DNA of 64,000 nucleotides. Source: Eledone cirrhosa (taxonomy: Eukaryota). The position numbers and the translations under genes are program-made. The notes below the pieces were generated by a model. It worked only from the letters and a program-made list of their open reading frames with translations. It did no database searches and was not told where the DNA came from. The stretch is taken from the NCBI GenBank assembly GCA_964016885.1, contig OZ024742.1, positions 368,342,001 through 368,406,000 on the forward strand, written 5' to 3'. Positions 30,501-45,620 of this stretch are shown in pieces (within the stretch, counting starts at the first letter, position 1; every line of letters starts with the position of its first letter).

Positions 30501-32428
30501 AAACAACACCATATCTACAACAGGGTCAACATCTAGAGGTCGTGTCAATAGACACAACACAATATCTACCACAGGTCAACAAATAGAGGTCTTGTCAATA
30601 GACACAACACCATATCTACCACAGGGTCAATATGTAGAGGTCTTGTCAATAGACACAACACCATATCTACCACAGGGTCAACATGTAGAGGTCTTGTCAA
30701 TAGACACAACACCATATCTACCACAGGTTCAACATGTAGAGATCTTGTCAATAAACACAACACCATATCTACCACAGGGTCAATACCTAGAGTTCTTGTC
30801 AATAGACACATTACCATATCTACCACAGGGCCAACATCTAGAGGTTTTCTCAATAGACTCAACACCATGTCTACCACAGGGAAAACATGTAGAGGTCTTG
30901 TCAAAATACACAACACCATATCTACCAGTGGGTCAATAGCTAGAGGCCGTGTCAATAGAGACAACACCATATCTACCACAGGGTCAACATGTAGAGGTCT
31001 TGTCGATAGAAACAACACCATATCTACCACAGTGTCAACATCTAGAGTTCTAGTCAATAGGGACAACACCATGTCTACCACAGGGTCCACATCTAGAGGT
31101 CTTGTCAATAGACACAACACCAAATCTACCACAGGGTCAACATCTAGAGGCCTTGTCAATAGGGACAACACCTTATCTACCACAGGTCAAAGTGTAGAGG
31201 TCTTGTCAATAGACACAACATCATATCTACCACAGGGTCAACGTGTAGAGGTCTTGTCAATAGACACAACACCATATCTACCACAGGGTCAACATGTAGA
31301 GGTCTTGTCAAAAGACACAACACCATATCTACAACAGGGTCACCATCTAGAGGTCTTGTCAATAGAGACAACACCATATCTACCACAGGGTCAACATCTA
31401 GAGGGCTTGTCAATAGACACAACAGCTTATTTACCACAACGTCAACATGTAGAGGTCCTATCAATAAACACAACACCATATCTACCACAGGATAAATATC
31501 TAGAGTTCTTGTCAATAGACACAACACAATATCTACCACAGGGTTAACATCTAGAGGTTTTGTCAATAGACACAACACCATATCGACCACAGGGACAACA
31601 TGTAGAGGTCTTGTCAAAATACACAACACCATATCTACCACAGGGTCAAAATCTAGAGGTCTTTTCAAAAGACACAACACCATATCTACCACAGGCTCAA
31701 CATCTAGAGGTCTTGTCAATAGACACAACACCATATCTACCACAGGGTCAACATGTGGAGGTCTTGTCAATAGTCACAACACCATATCTACAACAGGTTC
31801 AATATCTAGAGTTCTTGTCAATAGACACAAAACCATATCGACCACAGGGTCAACATCTAGAGGTTTTGTCAATAGACACAACACCATATCTACCACAGGG
31901 ACAACATGTAGAGGACTTGTCAAAATACACAACACCATATCTACCACAGGGTCAAAATCTAGAGGTCTTGTCAAAATACACAACACCATATCTACAACAG
32001 GGTCAATACGTAGAGGTCTTGTCAATAGACACAACACCATATCTACCGCAGGTCAACATGTAGAGGTCTTGTCAATAGACACCACACCATATCTACCACA
32101 GGGTCAACATGTAGAGGTCTTGTCAATAAACACAACACTATATCTACCACAGGGTCAACATCTAGATGTCTTCTCAATAGACACAACACTATCTCTACCA
32201 CAGGGTCAAAATCTAGAGGTCTTGTCAATAGACACAACACCATATCTACCACAGGGTCAACATCTAGAGGCCTTGTCAATAGGGACAACACCTTATGTAC
32301 CACAGGTCAACATGTAGAGGTCTTGTCAATTGACACAACATCTTATCTACCACAGGGTCAATATGTATAGGTCTTGTCAAAAGACACAACACCATATCTA
32401 CCACAGGGTCAACATGTAGAGGTCTTGT
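27515..32428. repeat. 2443-bp (~48-monomer) tandem duplication
   Basis: Constant +2443 offset (27588>30031, 28123>30566, 29600>32043). Shared private variants (CAACAAATAGAG, TAGCCAGAGG, TCAATTGACACAACATCTT). Confidence 0.93.
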
Positions 32429-35400
32429 CAATAGACACGACACCATATCTACCACAGGGACAACATCTAGAGATCTTGTCAAAAGACACAACATCATATC
32501 TTCCACAGGGTCACCTTCTAGAGGTCTTGTCAAAAAACACAACAACATATGTACCACAAGGTCAACATCTAGAGATCTTGTCAATAGACACAACACATTC
32601 TCTACCACAGAGGCAACATTTAGAGGTCTTGTCAATAGACACAACACCATATCTACCACAGGGTCAAAATGTAGAGGTCTTGTCAATAGAGACAACACCA
32701 TATCTAGCACAGGGTCAACATGTGGAGGACTTGTCAATAGATACAACACCATATCTACCACAGGGACAACATCTAGAGGCCTTGTCAATAGGGACAACAC
32801 CTTATCTAACACAGGGAAACATGTAGAGTTCTTGTCAATAGACACAACACCATATCTACCTGTGGGTCAATAGCTAGAGGCCTTGTCAATAGAGACAACA
32901 CCATATCTACCACAGGGTCAACATCTAGAGGTCGTGTCAATAGACACAACACAATATCTACCACAGGTCAACATGTAGAGGACTTGTCAATAGACACAAC
33001 ACCATATCTACCACAGGGTCAACATATAGAGGTCTTGTCAATAGACAGAACACCATATCTACCACAGGGTCAACATGTAGAGGTCTTGTCAATAAACACA
33101 ACACCATATCTACCACAGGGTCAATATCTAGAGTTCTTGTCAATAGACACATTACCATATCTACCACAGGGTCAACATCTAGAGGTTTTGTCAATAGACA
33201 CAACACCATATCTACCCCAGGGACAACATGTAGAGGTCTTGTCAAAATACACAACACCATATCTACCACAGGGTCAAAATCTAGAGGTCTTGTCAAAAGA
33301 CACAACACCATATCTACCACAGGCTCAACATCTAGAGGTGTTGTCAAAAGACACAACACGATATCTACCACAGGGTCACCATCTCGAGGTCTTGTCAACA
33401 GACACAACGCCATATCTACCACAGGGTCACCATCTCGAGGTCTTGTCAATAGACAAAATACCATATCTACCACCGGGTCAACATGTGGAGGTATTGTCAA
33501 TAGTCACAACACCATATCTACCACAGGTTCAATATCTAGAGTTCTTGTCAATAGACACAACACCATATCTACCACAACGTCAACATCAAGAGGTTTTGTC
33601 AATAGACACAACACCATATCGACCACAGGGACAACATGTAGAAGTCTTGTCAAAATACACAACACCATATCTACCACAGGTTCAAAATCTAGAGGTCTTG
33701 TCAAAATACACAACACCATATCTACCACAGGGTCAATATGTAGAGGTCTTGTCAATAGACACAACACCATATCTACCACAGGTCAACATGTAGAGGTCTT
33801 GTCAATAGACACCACACCATATCTACCACAGGGTCAACATGTAGAGGTCTTGTCAATAAACACAACACCATATCTACCACAGGGTCAACATCTAGATGTC
33901 TTCTCAATAGACACAACACTATCTCTACCACAGGGTCAACATCTAGAGGTCTTGTCAATAGACACAACACCATATCTACCACAGGGTCAATATGTAGAGG
34001 TCTTGTCAATAGGCACAACACCATATCTGCCACAGGGTCAACATGTAGAGGTCTTGTCAATAGACACAACACCATATCTACCACAGGGACAACATCTAGA
34101 GATCATGTCAAAAGACACAACATCATATCTTCCACAGGGTCACCATCTAGAGGTCTTGTCAAAAAACACAACAACATATCTACCACAAGGTCAACATCTA
34201 GAGATCTTGTCAATAGACACAACACATTCTCTACCACAGGGGCAACATTTAGAGGTCTTGTCAATAGACACAACACCATATCTTCCACAGGGTCAAAATC
34301 TAGAGGTCTTGTCAATAGAGACAACACCATATCTAGCACAGGGTCAACATGTGGAGGACTTGTCAATAGATACAACAGCATATCTACCACAGGGACAACA
34401 TCTAGAGGCCTTGTCAATAGGGACAACACCTTATCTAACACAGGGAAACATGTAGAGTTCTTGTCAATAGACACATCACCATATCTACCAGTGGGTCAAT
34501 AGCTAGAGGCCTTGTCAATAGAGACAACACCATATCTACCACAGGGTCAACATGTAGAGGTCTTGTCAATAGAAACAACACCATATCTACCACAGGGTCA
34601 ACATCTAGAGGTCGTGTCAATAGACACAACACAATATCTACCACAGGGTCAATATGTAGAGGTCTTGTCAATAGACACAACACCATATCTACCACAGGGT
34701 CAACATATAGAGGTCTTGTCAATAGACAGAACACCATATCTACCACAGGGTCAACATGTAGAGGTCTTGTCAATAAACACAACACCATATCTACCACAGG
34801 GTCAATATCTAGAGTTCTTGTCAATAGACACATTACCATATCTACCACAGGGTCAACATCTTGAGGTTTTGTCAATAGACACAACACCATATCTACCCCA
34901 GGGACAACATGTAGAGGTCTTGTCAAAATACACAACACCATATCTACCACAGGGTCAAAATCTAGAGGTCTTGTCAAAAGACACAACACCATATCTACCA
35001 CAGGCTCAACATCTAGAGGTGTTGTCAATAGACACAACGCCATATCTACCACAGGGTCACCATCTCGAGGTCTTGTCAATAGACACAACGCCATATCTAC
35101 CACAGGGTCACCATCTCGAGGTCTTGTCAATAGACAAAATACCATATCTACCACCGGGTCAACATGTGGAGGTCTTGTCAATAGTCACAACACCATATCT
35201 ACCACAGGTTCAATATCTAGAGTTCTTGTCAATAGACACAACACCATATCTACCACAACGTCAACATCTAGAGGTTTTGTCAATAGACACAACACCATAT
35301 CGACCACAGGGACAACATGTAGAGGTCTTGTCAAAATACACAACACCATATCTACCACAGGTTCAAAATCTAGAGGTCTTGTCAAATTACACAACACCAT

Positions 35401-36305
35401 ATCTACCACAGGGTCAAAATCTAGAGGTCTTGTCAAAATACACAACACCATGTCTACAACAGGGTCAATATGTAGAGGTCTTGTCAATAGACACAACACC
35501 ATATCTACCACAGGTCAACATGTAGAGGTCTTGTCAATAGACACAACACCATATCTACCACAGGTCAACATGTAGAGGTTTTGTCAATAAACACAACACC
35601 ATATCTACCACAGGGTCAACATCTAGATGTCTTCTCAATAGACACAACACTATCTCTACCACAGTGTCAACATCTAGAGGTCTTGTCAATAGACACAACA
35701 CCATATCTACCACAGGGTCAATATGTAGAGGTCTTGTCAATAGACACAACACCATATCTGCCACAGGGTCAACATGTAGAGGTCTTGTCAATAGACACAA
35801 CACATATCTACCACAGGGACAACATCTAGAGATCATGTCAAAAGACACAACATCATATCTTCCACAGGGTCACCATCTAGAGGTCTTGTCAAAAAACACA
35901 ACAACATATCTACCACAAGGTCAACATCTAGAGATCTTGTCAATAGACACAACACATTCTCTACCACAGGGGCAACATTTAGAGGTCTTGTCAATAGACA
36001 CAACACCATATCTACCAGAGGGTCAAAATCTAGAGGTCTTGTCAATAGAGACAACACCATATCTAGCACAGGGTCAACATGTGGAGGACTTGTCAATAGA
36101 TACAACAGCATATCTACCACAGGGACAACATCTAGAGGCCTTGTCAATAGGGACAACACCTTATCTAACACAGGGAAACATGTAGAGTTCTTGTCAATAG
36201 ACACATCACCATATCTAGCACAGGGTCAACATGTGGAGGTCTTGTCAATAGATACAACACCATATCTACCACAGGGTCAACATGTAGAGGTCTTGTCAAT
36301 AGAAA

Positions 36306-39300
36306 CAACACCATATCTACCACAGGGTCAACATCTAGAGGTCGTGTCAATAGACACAACACAATATCTACCACAGGTCAACATGTAGAGGTCTTGTCAA
36401 TAGACACAACACCATATCTACCACAGGGTCAATATGTAGAGGTCTTGTCAATAGACACAACACCATATCTACCACAGGGTCAACATGTAGAGGTCTTGTC
36501 AATAGACACAACACCATATCTACTACAGGGTCAACATGTAGATATCTTGTCAATAGACACATTACCATATCTACCACAGGGCCAACATCTAGAGGTTTTC
36601 TCAATAGACTCAACACCATGTCTACCACAGGGAAAACATGTAGAGGTCTTGTCAAAATACACAACACCATATCTACCAGTGGGTCAATAGCTAGAGGCCT
36701 TGTCAATAGAGACAACACCATATCTACCACAGGGTCAACATGTAGAGGTCTTGTCAATAGAAACAACACCATATCTACCACAGGGTCAACATCTAGAGTT
36801 CTAGTCAATAGGGACAACACCATGTCTACCACAGGGTCAACATCTAGAGGTCTTGTCAATAGACACAACACTATCTCTACCACAGGGTCCACATCTAGAG
36901 GTCTTGTCAATAGACACAACACCAAATCTACCAGAGGGTCAACATATAGAGGCCTTGTCAATAGGGACAACACCTTATCTACCACAGGTCAAAATGTAGA
37001 GGTCTTGTCAATAGACACAACATCATATCTACCACAGGGTCAACGTGTAGAGGTCTTATCAATAGACACAACACCATATCTACCACAGGGTCAACATGTA
37101 GAGGTCTTGTCAAAAGACACAACACCATATCTAAAACAGGGTCACCATCTAGAGGTCTTGTTAATAGAGACAACACCATATCTACCACAGGGTCAACATC
37201 TAGAGGTCTTGTCAATAGACACAACAGCTTATTTACCACAACGTCAACATGTAGAGGTCCTATTAATAAACACAACACCATATCTACCACAGGATAAATA
37301 TCTAGAGTTCTTGTCAATAGACACAACACAATATCTACCACAGGGCAACATCTAGAGGTTTTGTCAATAGACACAACACCATATCGACCACAGGGACAAC
37401 ATGTAGAGGTCTTGTCAAAATACACAACACCATATCTACCACAGGGTCAAAATCTAGAGGTCTTGTCAAAAGACACAACACCATATCTACCACAGGCTCA
37501 ACATCTAGAGGTGTTGTCAAAAGACACAACACCATATCTACCACAGGCTCAACATCTAGAGGTCTTGTCAATAGACAAAATACCATATCTACCGCAGGGT
37601 CAACATGTGGAGGTCTTGTCAATAGTCACAACACCATATCTACAACAGGTTCAATATCTAGAGTTCTTGTCAATAGACACAAAACCATATCGACCACAGG
37701 GTCAACATCTAGAGGTTTTGTCAATAGACACAACACCATATCTACCACAGGGACAACATGTAGAGGTCTTGTCAAAATACACAACACCATATCTACCACA
37801 GGGTCAAAATCTAGAGGTCTTGTCAAAATACACAACACCATATCTACAACAGGGTCAATACGTAGAGGTCTTGTCAATAGACACAACACCATATCTACCA
37901 CAGGTCAACATGTAGAGGTCTTGTCAATAGACACCACACCATATCTACCACAGGGTCAACATGTAGAGGTCTTGTCAATAAACACAACACTATATCTACC
38001 ACAGGGTCAACATCTAGATGTCTTCTCAATAGAGACAACACTATCTCTACCACAGGGTCAACATCTAGAGGTCTTGTCAATAGACACAACACCATATCTA
38101 CCACAGGGTCAACATCTAGAGGCCTTGTCAATAGGGACAACACCTTATGTACCACAGGTCAACATGTAGAGGTCTTGTCAATTGACACAACACCATATTT
38201 ACCACAGGATCAATATGTAGAGGTCTTGTCAAAAGACACAACACCATATCTACCACAGGGTCAACATGTAGAGGTCTTGTCAATAGACACGACACCATAT
38301 CTACCACAGGGACAACATCTAGAGATCTTGTCAAAAGACACAACATCATATCTTCCACAGGGTCACCTTCTAGAGGTCTTGTCAAAAAACACAACAACAT
38401 ATCTACCACAAGGTCAACATTTAGAGATATTGTCAATAGACACAACACATTCTCTACCACAGGGGCAACATTTAGAGGTCTTGTCAATAGACACAACACC
38501 ATATCTACCACAGGGTCAATATGTAAAGGTCTTGTCAATAGACACAACACCATATCTACCACAGGGTCAACATCTAGAGGTCTTGTCAAAAGACACAACA
38601 CCATATCTACCACAGGGTCAACATGTAGAGGTCTTGTCAATAGACACAACACCATATCTACCACAGGGACAACATCTAGAGATCTTGTCAAAAGACACAA
38701 CATCATATCTTCCACAGGGTCACCATCTAGAGGTCTTGTCAAAAAACACAACAACATATGTACCACAAGGTCAACATCTAGAGATCTTGTCAATAGACAC
38801 AACACATTCTCTACCACAGAGGCAACATTTAGAGGTCTTGTCAATAGACACAACACCATATCTACCACAGGGTCAATATGTAGAGGTCTTGTCAATAGAG
38901 ACAACACCATATCTAGCACAGGGTCAACATGTGGAGGACTTGTCAATAGATACAACACCATATCTACCACAGGGACAACATCTAGAGGCCTTGTCAATAG
39001 GGACAACACCTTATCTAACACAGGGAAACATGTAGAGTTCTTGTCAATAGACACAACACCATATCTACCTGTGGGTCAATAGCTAGAGGCCTTGTCAATA
39101 GAGACAACACCATATCTACCACAGGGTCAACATCTAGAGGTCGTGTCAATAGACACAACACAATATCTACCACAGGTCAACATGTAGAGGACTTGTCAAT
39201 AGACACAACACCATATCTACCACAGGGTCAATATGTAGAGGTCTTGTCAATAGACACAACACTATCTCTACCACAGGGTCAACATGTAGAGGTCTTGTCA

Positions 39301-42300
39301 ATAAACACAACACCATATCTACCACAGGGTCAATATCTAGAGTTCTTGTCAATAGACACATTACCATATCTACCACAGGGTCAACATCTAGAGGTTTTCT
39401 CAATAGACTCAACACCATGTCTATCACAGGGACAACATGTAGAGGTCTTGTCAAAATACACAACACCATATCTACCACAGGCTCAAAATCTAGAGGTCTT
39501 GTCAATAGACACAACACCATATCTACCACAGGGTCACCATCTCGAGGTCTTGTCAATAGACACAACACCATATCTACCACAGGGTCACCATCTAGAGGTC
39601 TTGTCAATAGACAAAATACCATATCTACCACAGGGTCAACATGTGGAGGTCTTGTCAAAAGTCACAACACCATATCTATCACAGGTTCAATATCTAGCGT
39701 TCTTGTCAATAGACACAAAACCATATCTACCACAGGGTCAACATCTAGAGGTTTTGTCAATAGACACAACACCATATCTACCACAGGGATAACATGTAGA
39801 GGTCTTGTCAAAATACACAACACCATATCTACCACAGGGTCAAAATCTAGAGGTCTTGTCAAATTACACAACACCATATCTACAACAGGGTCAATACGCA
39901 GAGGTCTTGTCAATAGACACAACACCATATCTACCACAGATCAACATGTAGAGGTCTTATCAATAGACACCACACCGTATCTAGCTGTGGGTCAATAGCT
40001 AGAGGCCTTGTCAATAGAGACAAAACCATATCTACCACAGGGTCAACATCTAGAGGTGTTGTCAAAAGACACAACACCATATCTACCACAGGCTCAACTT
40101 CTAGAGGTCTTGTCAATAGACACAACGCCATATCTACCACAGGGTCACCATCTAGAGGTCTTGTCAATAGACAAAATACCATATCTACCACAGGGTCAAC
40201 ATGTGGAGGTCTTCTCAATAGTCACAACACCATATCTACCACAGGTTCAATATCTAGCGTTCTTGTCAATAGACACAAAACCATATCTACCACAGGGTCA
40301 ACATCTAGAGATTTTGTCAATAGACACAACACCATATTTCCCACAGGGACAACATGTAGAGGTCTTGTCAAAATACACAACACCATATCTACCACAGGGT
40401 CAAAATCTAGATGTCTTGTCAAAATACACAACACCATATCTACAACAGGGTCAATACGTAGAGGTCTTGTCAATAGACACAACACCATATCTACCACAGG
40501 TCAACATGTAGAGGTCTTGTCAATAGACACCACACCATATCTACCACAGGGTCAACATGTAGAGGTCTTGTCAATAAACACAACACATATCTACCACAGG
40601 GTCAACATCTAGATGTCTTCTCAATAGACACAACACTATCTCTACCACAGGGTCAACATCTAGAGGTCTTGTCAATAGACACAACACCATATCTACCACA
40701 GGGTCAACATCTAGAGGCCTTGTCAATAGGGACAACACCTTATGTACCACAGATCAACATGTAGAGGTCTTGTCAATAGACAACACCATATCTACCACAG
40801 GGTCAATATGTAGAGGTCTTGTCAATAGACACAACACCATATCTACCACAGGGTCAACATGTAGAGGTCTTGTCAATAGACACAACACCATATCTACCAC
40901 AGGGACAACATCTCGAGATCTTGTCAAACGACACAACACCATATCTACCACAGGGTCAACATCTAGAGGTCGTGTCAATAGACACAACACAATATCTACC
41001 ACAGGTCAACATGTAGAGGTCTTGTCAATAGACACAACACCATATCTACCACAGGGTCAATATGTAGAGGTCTTGTCAATAGACACAACACCATATCTAC
41101 CACAGGGTCAACATGTAGAGGTCTTGTCAATAGACACAACACCATATCTACTACAGGGTCAACATGTAGATATCTTGTCAATAGACACATTACCATATCT
41201 ACCACAGGGCCAACATCTAGAGGTTTTCTCAATAGACTCAACACCATGTCTACCACAGGGAAAACATGTAGAGGTCTTGTCAAAATACACAACACCATAT
41301 CTACCAGTGGGTCAATAGCTAGAGGCCTTGTCAATAGAGACAACACCATATCTACCACAGGGTCAACATGTAGAGGTCTTGTCAATAGAAACAACACCAT
41401 ATCTACCACAGGGTCAACATCTAGAGTTCTAGTCAATAGGGACAACACCATGTCTACCACAGGGTCAACATCTAGAGGTCTTGTCAATAGACACAACACT
41501 ATCTCTACCACAGGGTCCACATCTAGAGGTCTTGTCAATAGACACAACACCAAATCTACCAGAGGGTCAACATATAGAGGCCTTGTCAATAGGGACAACA
41601 CCTTATCTACCACAGGTCAAAATGTAGAGGTCTTGTCAATAGACACAACATCATATCTACCACAGGGTCAACGTGTAGAGGTCTTATCAATAGACACAAC
41701 ACCATATCTACCACAGGGTCAACATGTAGAGGTCTTGTCAAAAGACACAACACCATATCTAAAACAGGGTCACCATCTAGAGGTCTTGTTAATAGAGACA
41801 ACACCATATCTACCACAGGGTCAACATCTAGAGGTCTTGTCAATAGACACAACAGCTTATTTACCACAACGTCAACATGTAGAGGTCCTATTAATAAACA
41901 CAACACCATATCTACCACAGGATAAATATCTAGAGTTCTTGTCAATAGACACAACACAATATCTACCACAGGGCAACATCTAGAGGTTTTGTCAATAGAC
42001 ACAACACCATATCGACCACAGGGACAACATGTAGAGGTCTTGTCAAAATACACAACACCATATCTACCACAGGGTCAAAATCTAGAGGTCTTGTCAAAAG
42101 ACACAACACCATATCTACCACAGGCTCAACATCTAGAGGTGTTGTCAAAAGACACAACACCATATCTACCACAGGCTCAACATCTAGAGGTCTTGTCAAT
42201 AGACAAAATACCATATCTACCGCAGGGTCAACATGTGGAGGTCTTGTCAATAGTCACAACACCATATCTACAACAGGTTCAATATCTAGAGTTCTTGTCA

Positions 42301-45300
42301 ATAGACACAAAACCATATCGACCACAGGGTCAACATCTAGAGGTTTTGTCAATAGACACAACACCATATCTACCACAGGGACAACATGTAGAGGTCTTGT
42401 CAAAATACACAACACCATATCTACCACAGGGTCAAAATCTAGAGGTCTTGTCAAAATACACAACACCATATCTACAACAGGGTCAATACGTAGAGGTCTT
42501 GTCAATAGACACAACACCATATCTACCACAGGTCAACATGTAGAGGTCTTGTCAATAGACACCACACCATATCTACCACAGGGTCAACATGTAGAGGTCT
42601 TGTCAATAAACACAACACTATATCTACCACAGGGTCAACATCTAGATGTCTTCTCAATAGAGACAACACTATCTCTACCACAGGGTCAACATCTAGAGGT
42701 CTTGTCAATAGACACAACACCATATCTACCACAGGGTCAACATCTAGAGGCCTTGTCAATAGGGACAACACCTTATGTACCACAGGTCAACATGTAGAGG
42801 TCTTGTCAATTGACACAACACCATATTTACCACAGGATCAATATGTAGAGGTCTTGTCAAAAGACACAACACCATATCTACCACAGGGTCAACATGTAGA
42901 GGTCTTGTCAATAGACACGACACCATATCTACCACAGGGACAACATCTAGAGATCTTGTCAAAAGACACAACATCATATCTTCCACAGGGTCACCTTCTA
43001 GAGGTCTTGTCAAAAAACACAACAACATATCTACCACAAGGTCAACATTTAGAGATATTGTCAATAGACACAACACATTCTCTACCACAGGGGCAACATT
43101 TAGAGGTCTTGTCAATAGACACAACACCATATCTACCACAGGGTCAATATGTAAAGGTCTTGTCAATAGACACAACACCATATCTACCACAGGGTCAACA
43201 TCTAGAGGTCTTGTCAAAAGACACAACACCATATCTACCACAGGGTCAACATGTAGAGGTCTTGTCAATAGACACAACACCATATCTACCACAGGGACAA
43301 CATCTAGAGATCTTGTCAAAAGACACAACATCATATCTTCCACAGGGTCACCATCTAGAGGTCTTGTCAAAAAACACAACAACATATGTACCACAAGGTC
43401 AACATCTAGAGATCTTGTCAATAGACACAACACATTCTCTACCACAGAGGCAACATTTAGAGGTCTTGTCAATAGACACAACACCATATCTACCACAGGG
43501 TCAATATGTAGAGGTCTTGTCAATAGAGACAACACCATATCTAGCACAGGGTCAACATGTGGAGGACTTGTCAATAGATACAACACCATATCTACCACAG
43601 GGACAACATCTAGAGGCCTTGTCAATAGGGACAACACCTTATCTAACACAGGGAGACATGTAGAGTTCTTGTCAATAGACACAACACCATATCTACCTGT
43701 GGGTCAATAGCTAGAGGCCTTGTCAATAGAGACAACACCATATCTACCACAGGGTCAACATCTAGAGGTCGTGTCAATAGACACAACACAATATCTACCA
43801 CAGGTCAACATGTAGAGGACTTGTCAATAGACACAACACCATATCTACCACAGGGTCAATATGTAGAGGTCTTGTCAATAGACACAACACTATCTCTACC
43901 ACAGGGTCAACATGTAGAGGTCTTGTCAATAAACACAACACCATATCTACCACAGGGTCAATATCTAGAGTTCTTGTCAATAGACACATTACCATATCTA
44001 CCACAGGGTCAACATCTAGAGGTTTTCTCAATAGACTCAACACCATGTCTATCACAGGGACAACATGTAGAGGTCTTGTCAAAATACACAACACCATATC
44101 TACCACAGGCTCAAAATCTAGAGGTCTTGTCAATAGACACAACACCATATCTACCACAGGGTCACCATCTCGAGGTCTTGTCAATAGACACAACACCATA
44201 TCTACCACAGGGTCACCATCTAGAGGTCTTGTCAATAGACAAAATACCATATCTACCACAGGGTCAACATGTGGAGGTCTTGTCAAAAGTCACAACACCA
44301 TATCTATCACAGGTTCAATATCTAGCGTTCTTGTCAATAGACACAAAACCATATCTACCACAGGGTCAACATCTAGAGGTTTTGTCAATAGACACAACAC
44401 CATATCTACCACAGGGATAACATGTAGAGGTCTTGTCAAAATACACAACACCATATCTACCACAGGGTCAAAATCTAGAGGTCTTGTCAAATTACACAAC
44501 ACCATATCTACAACAGGGTCAATACGCAGAGGTCTTGTCAATAGACACAACACCATATCTACCACAGATCAACATGTAGAGGTCTTATCAATAGACACCA
44601 CACCGTATCTAGCTGTGGGTCAATAGCTAGAGGCCTTGTCAATAGAGACAAAACCATATCTACCACAGGGTCAACATCTAGAGGTGTTGTCAAAAGACAC
44701 AACACCATATCTACCACAGGCTCAACATCTAGAGGTGTTGTCAAAAGACACAACACCATATCTACCACAGGCTCAACTTCTAGAGGTCTTGTCAATAGAC
44801 ACAACGCCATATCTACCACAGGGTCACCATCTAGAGGTCTTGTCAATAGACAAAATACCATATCTACCACAGGGTCAACATGTGGAGGTCTTCTCAATAG
44901 TCACAACACCATATCTACCACAGGTTCAATATCTAGCGTTCTTGTCAATAGACACAAAACCATATCTACCACAGGGTCAACATCTAGAGATTTTGTCAAT
45001 AGACACAACACCATATTTCCCACAGGGACAACATGTAGAGGTCTTGTCAAAATACACAACACCATATCTACCACAGGGTCAAAATCTAGATGTCTTGTCA
45101 AAATACACAACACCATATCTACAACAGGGTCAATACGTAGAGGTCTTGTCAATAGACACAACACCATATCTACCACAGGTCAACATGTAGAGGTCTTGTC
45201 AATAGACACCACACCATATCTACCACAGGGTCAACATGTAGAGGTCTTGTCAATAAACACAACACATATCTACCACAGGGTCAACATCTAGATGTCTTCT

Positions 45301-45620
45301 CAATAGACACAACACTATCTCTACCACAGGGTCAACATCTAGAGGTCTTGTCAATAGACACAACACCATATCTACCACAGGGTCAACATCTAGAGGCCTT
45401 GTCAATAGGGACAACACCTTATGTACCACAGATCAACATGTAGAGGTCTTGTCAATAGACACAACACCATATCTACCACAGGGTCAATATGTAGAGGTCT
45501 TGTCAATAGACACAACACCATATCTACCACAGGGTCAACATGTAGAGGTCTTGTCAATAGACACAACACCATATCTACCACAGGGACAACATCTCGAGAT
45601 CTTGTCAAACGACACAACAT
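36306..45620. repeat. 4628-bp (~91-monomer) tandem duplication; second copy has one extra monomer near 44700
   Basis: Offsets are +4628 (36368>40996, 38128>42756, 39931>44559) and then +4679 (40222>44901). Confidence 0.93.
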
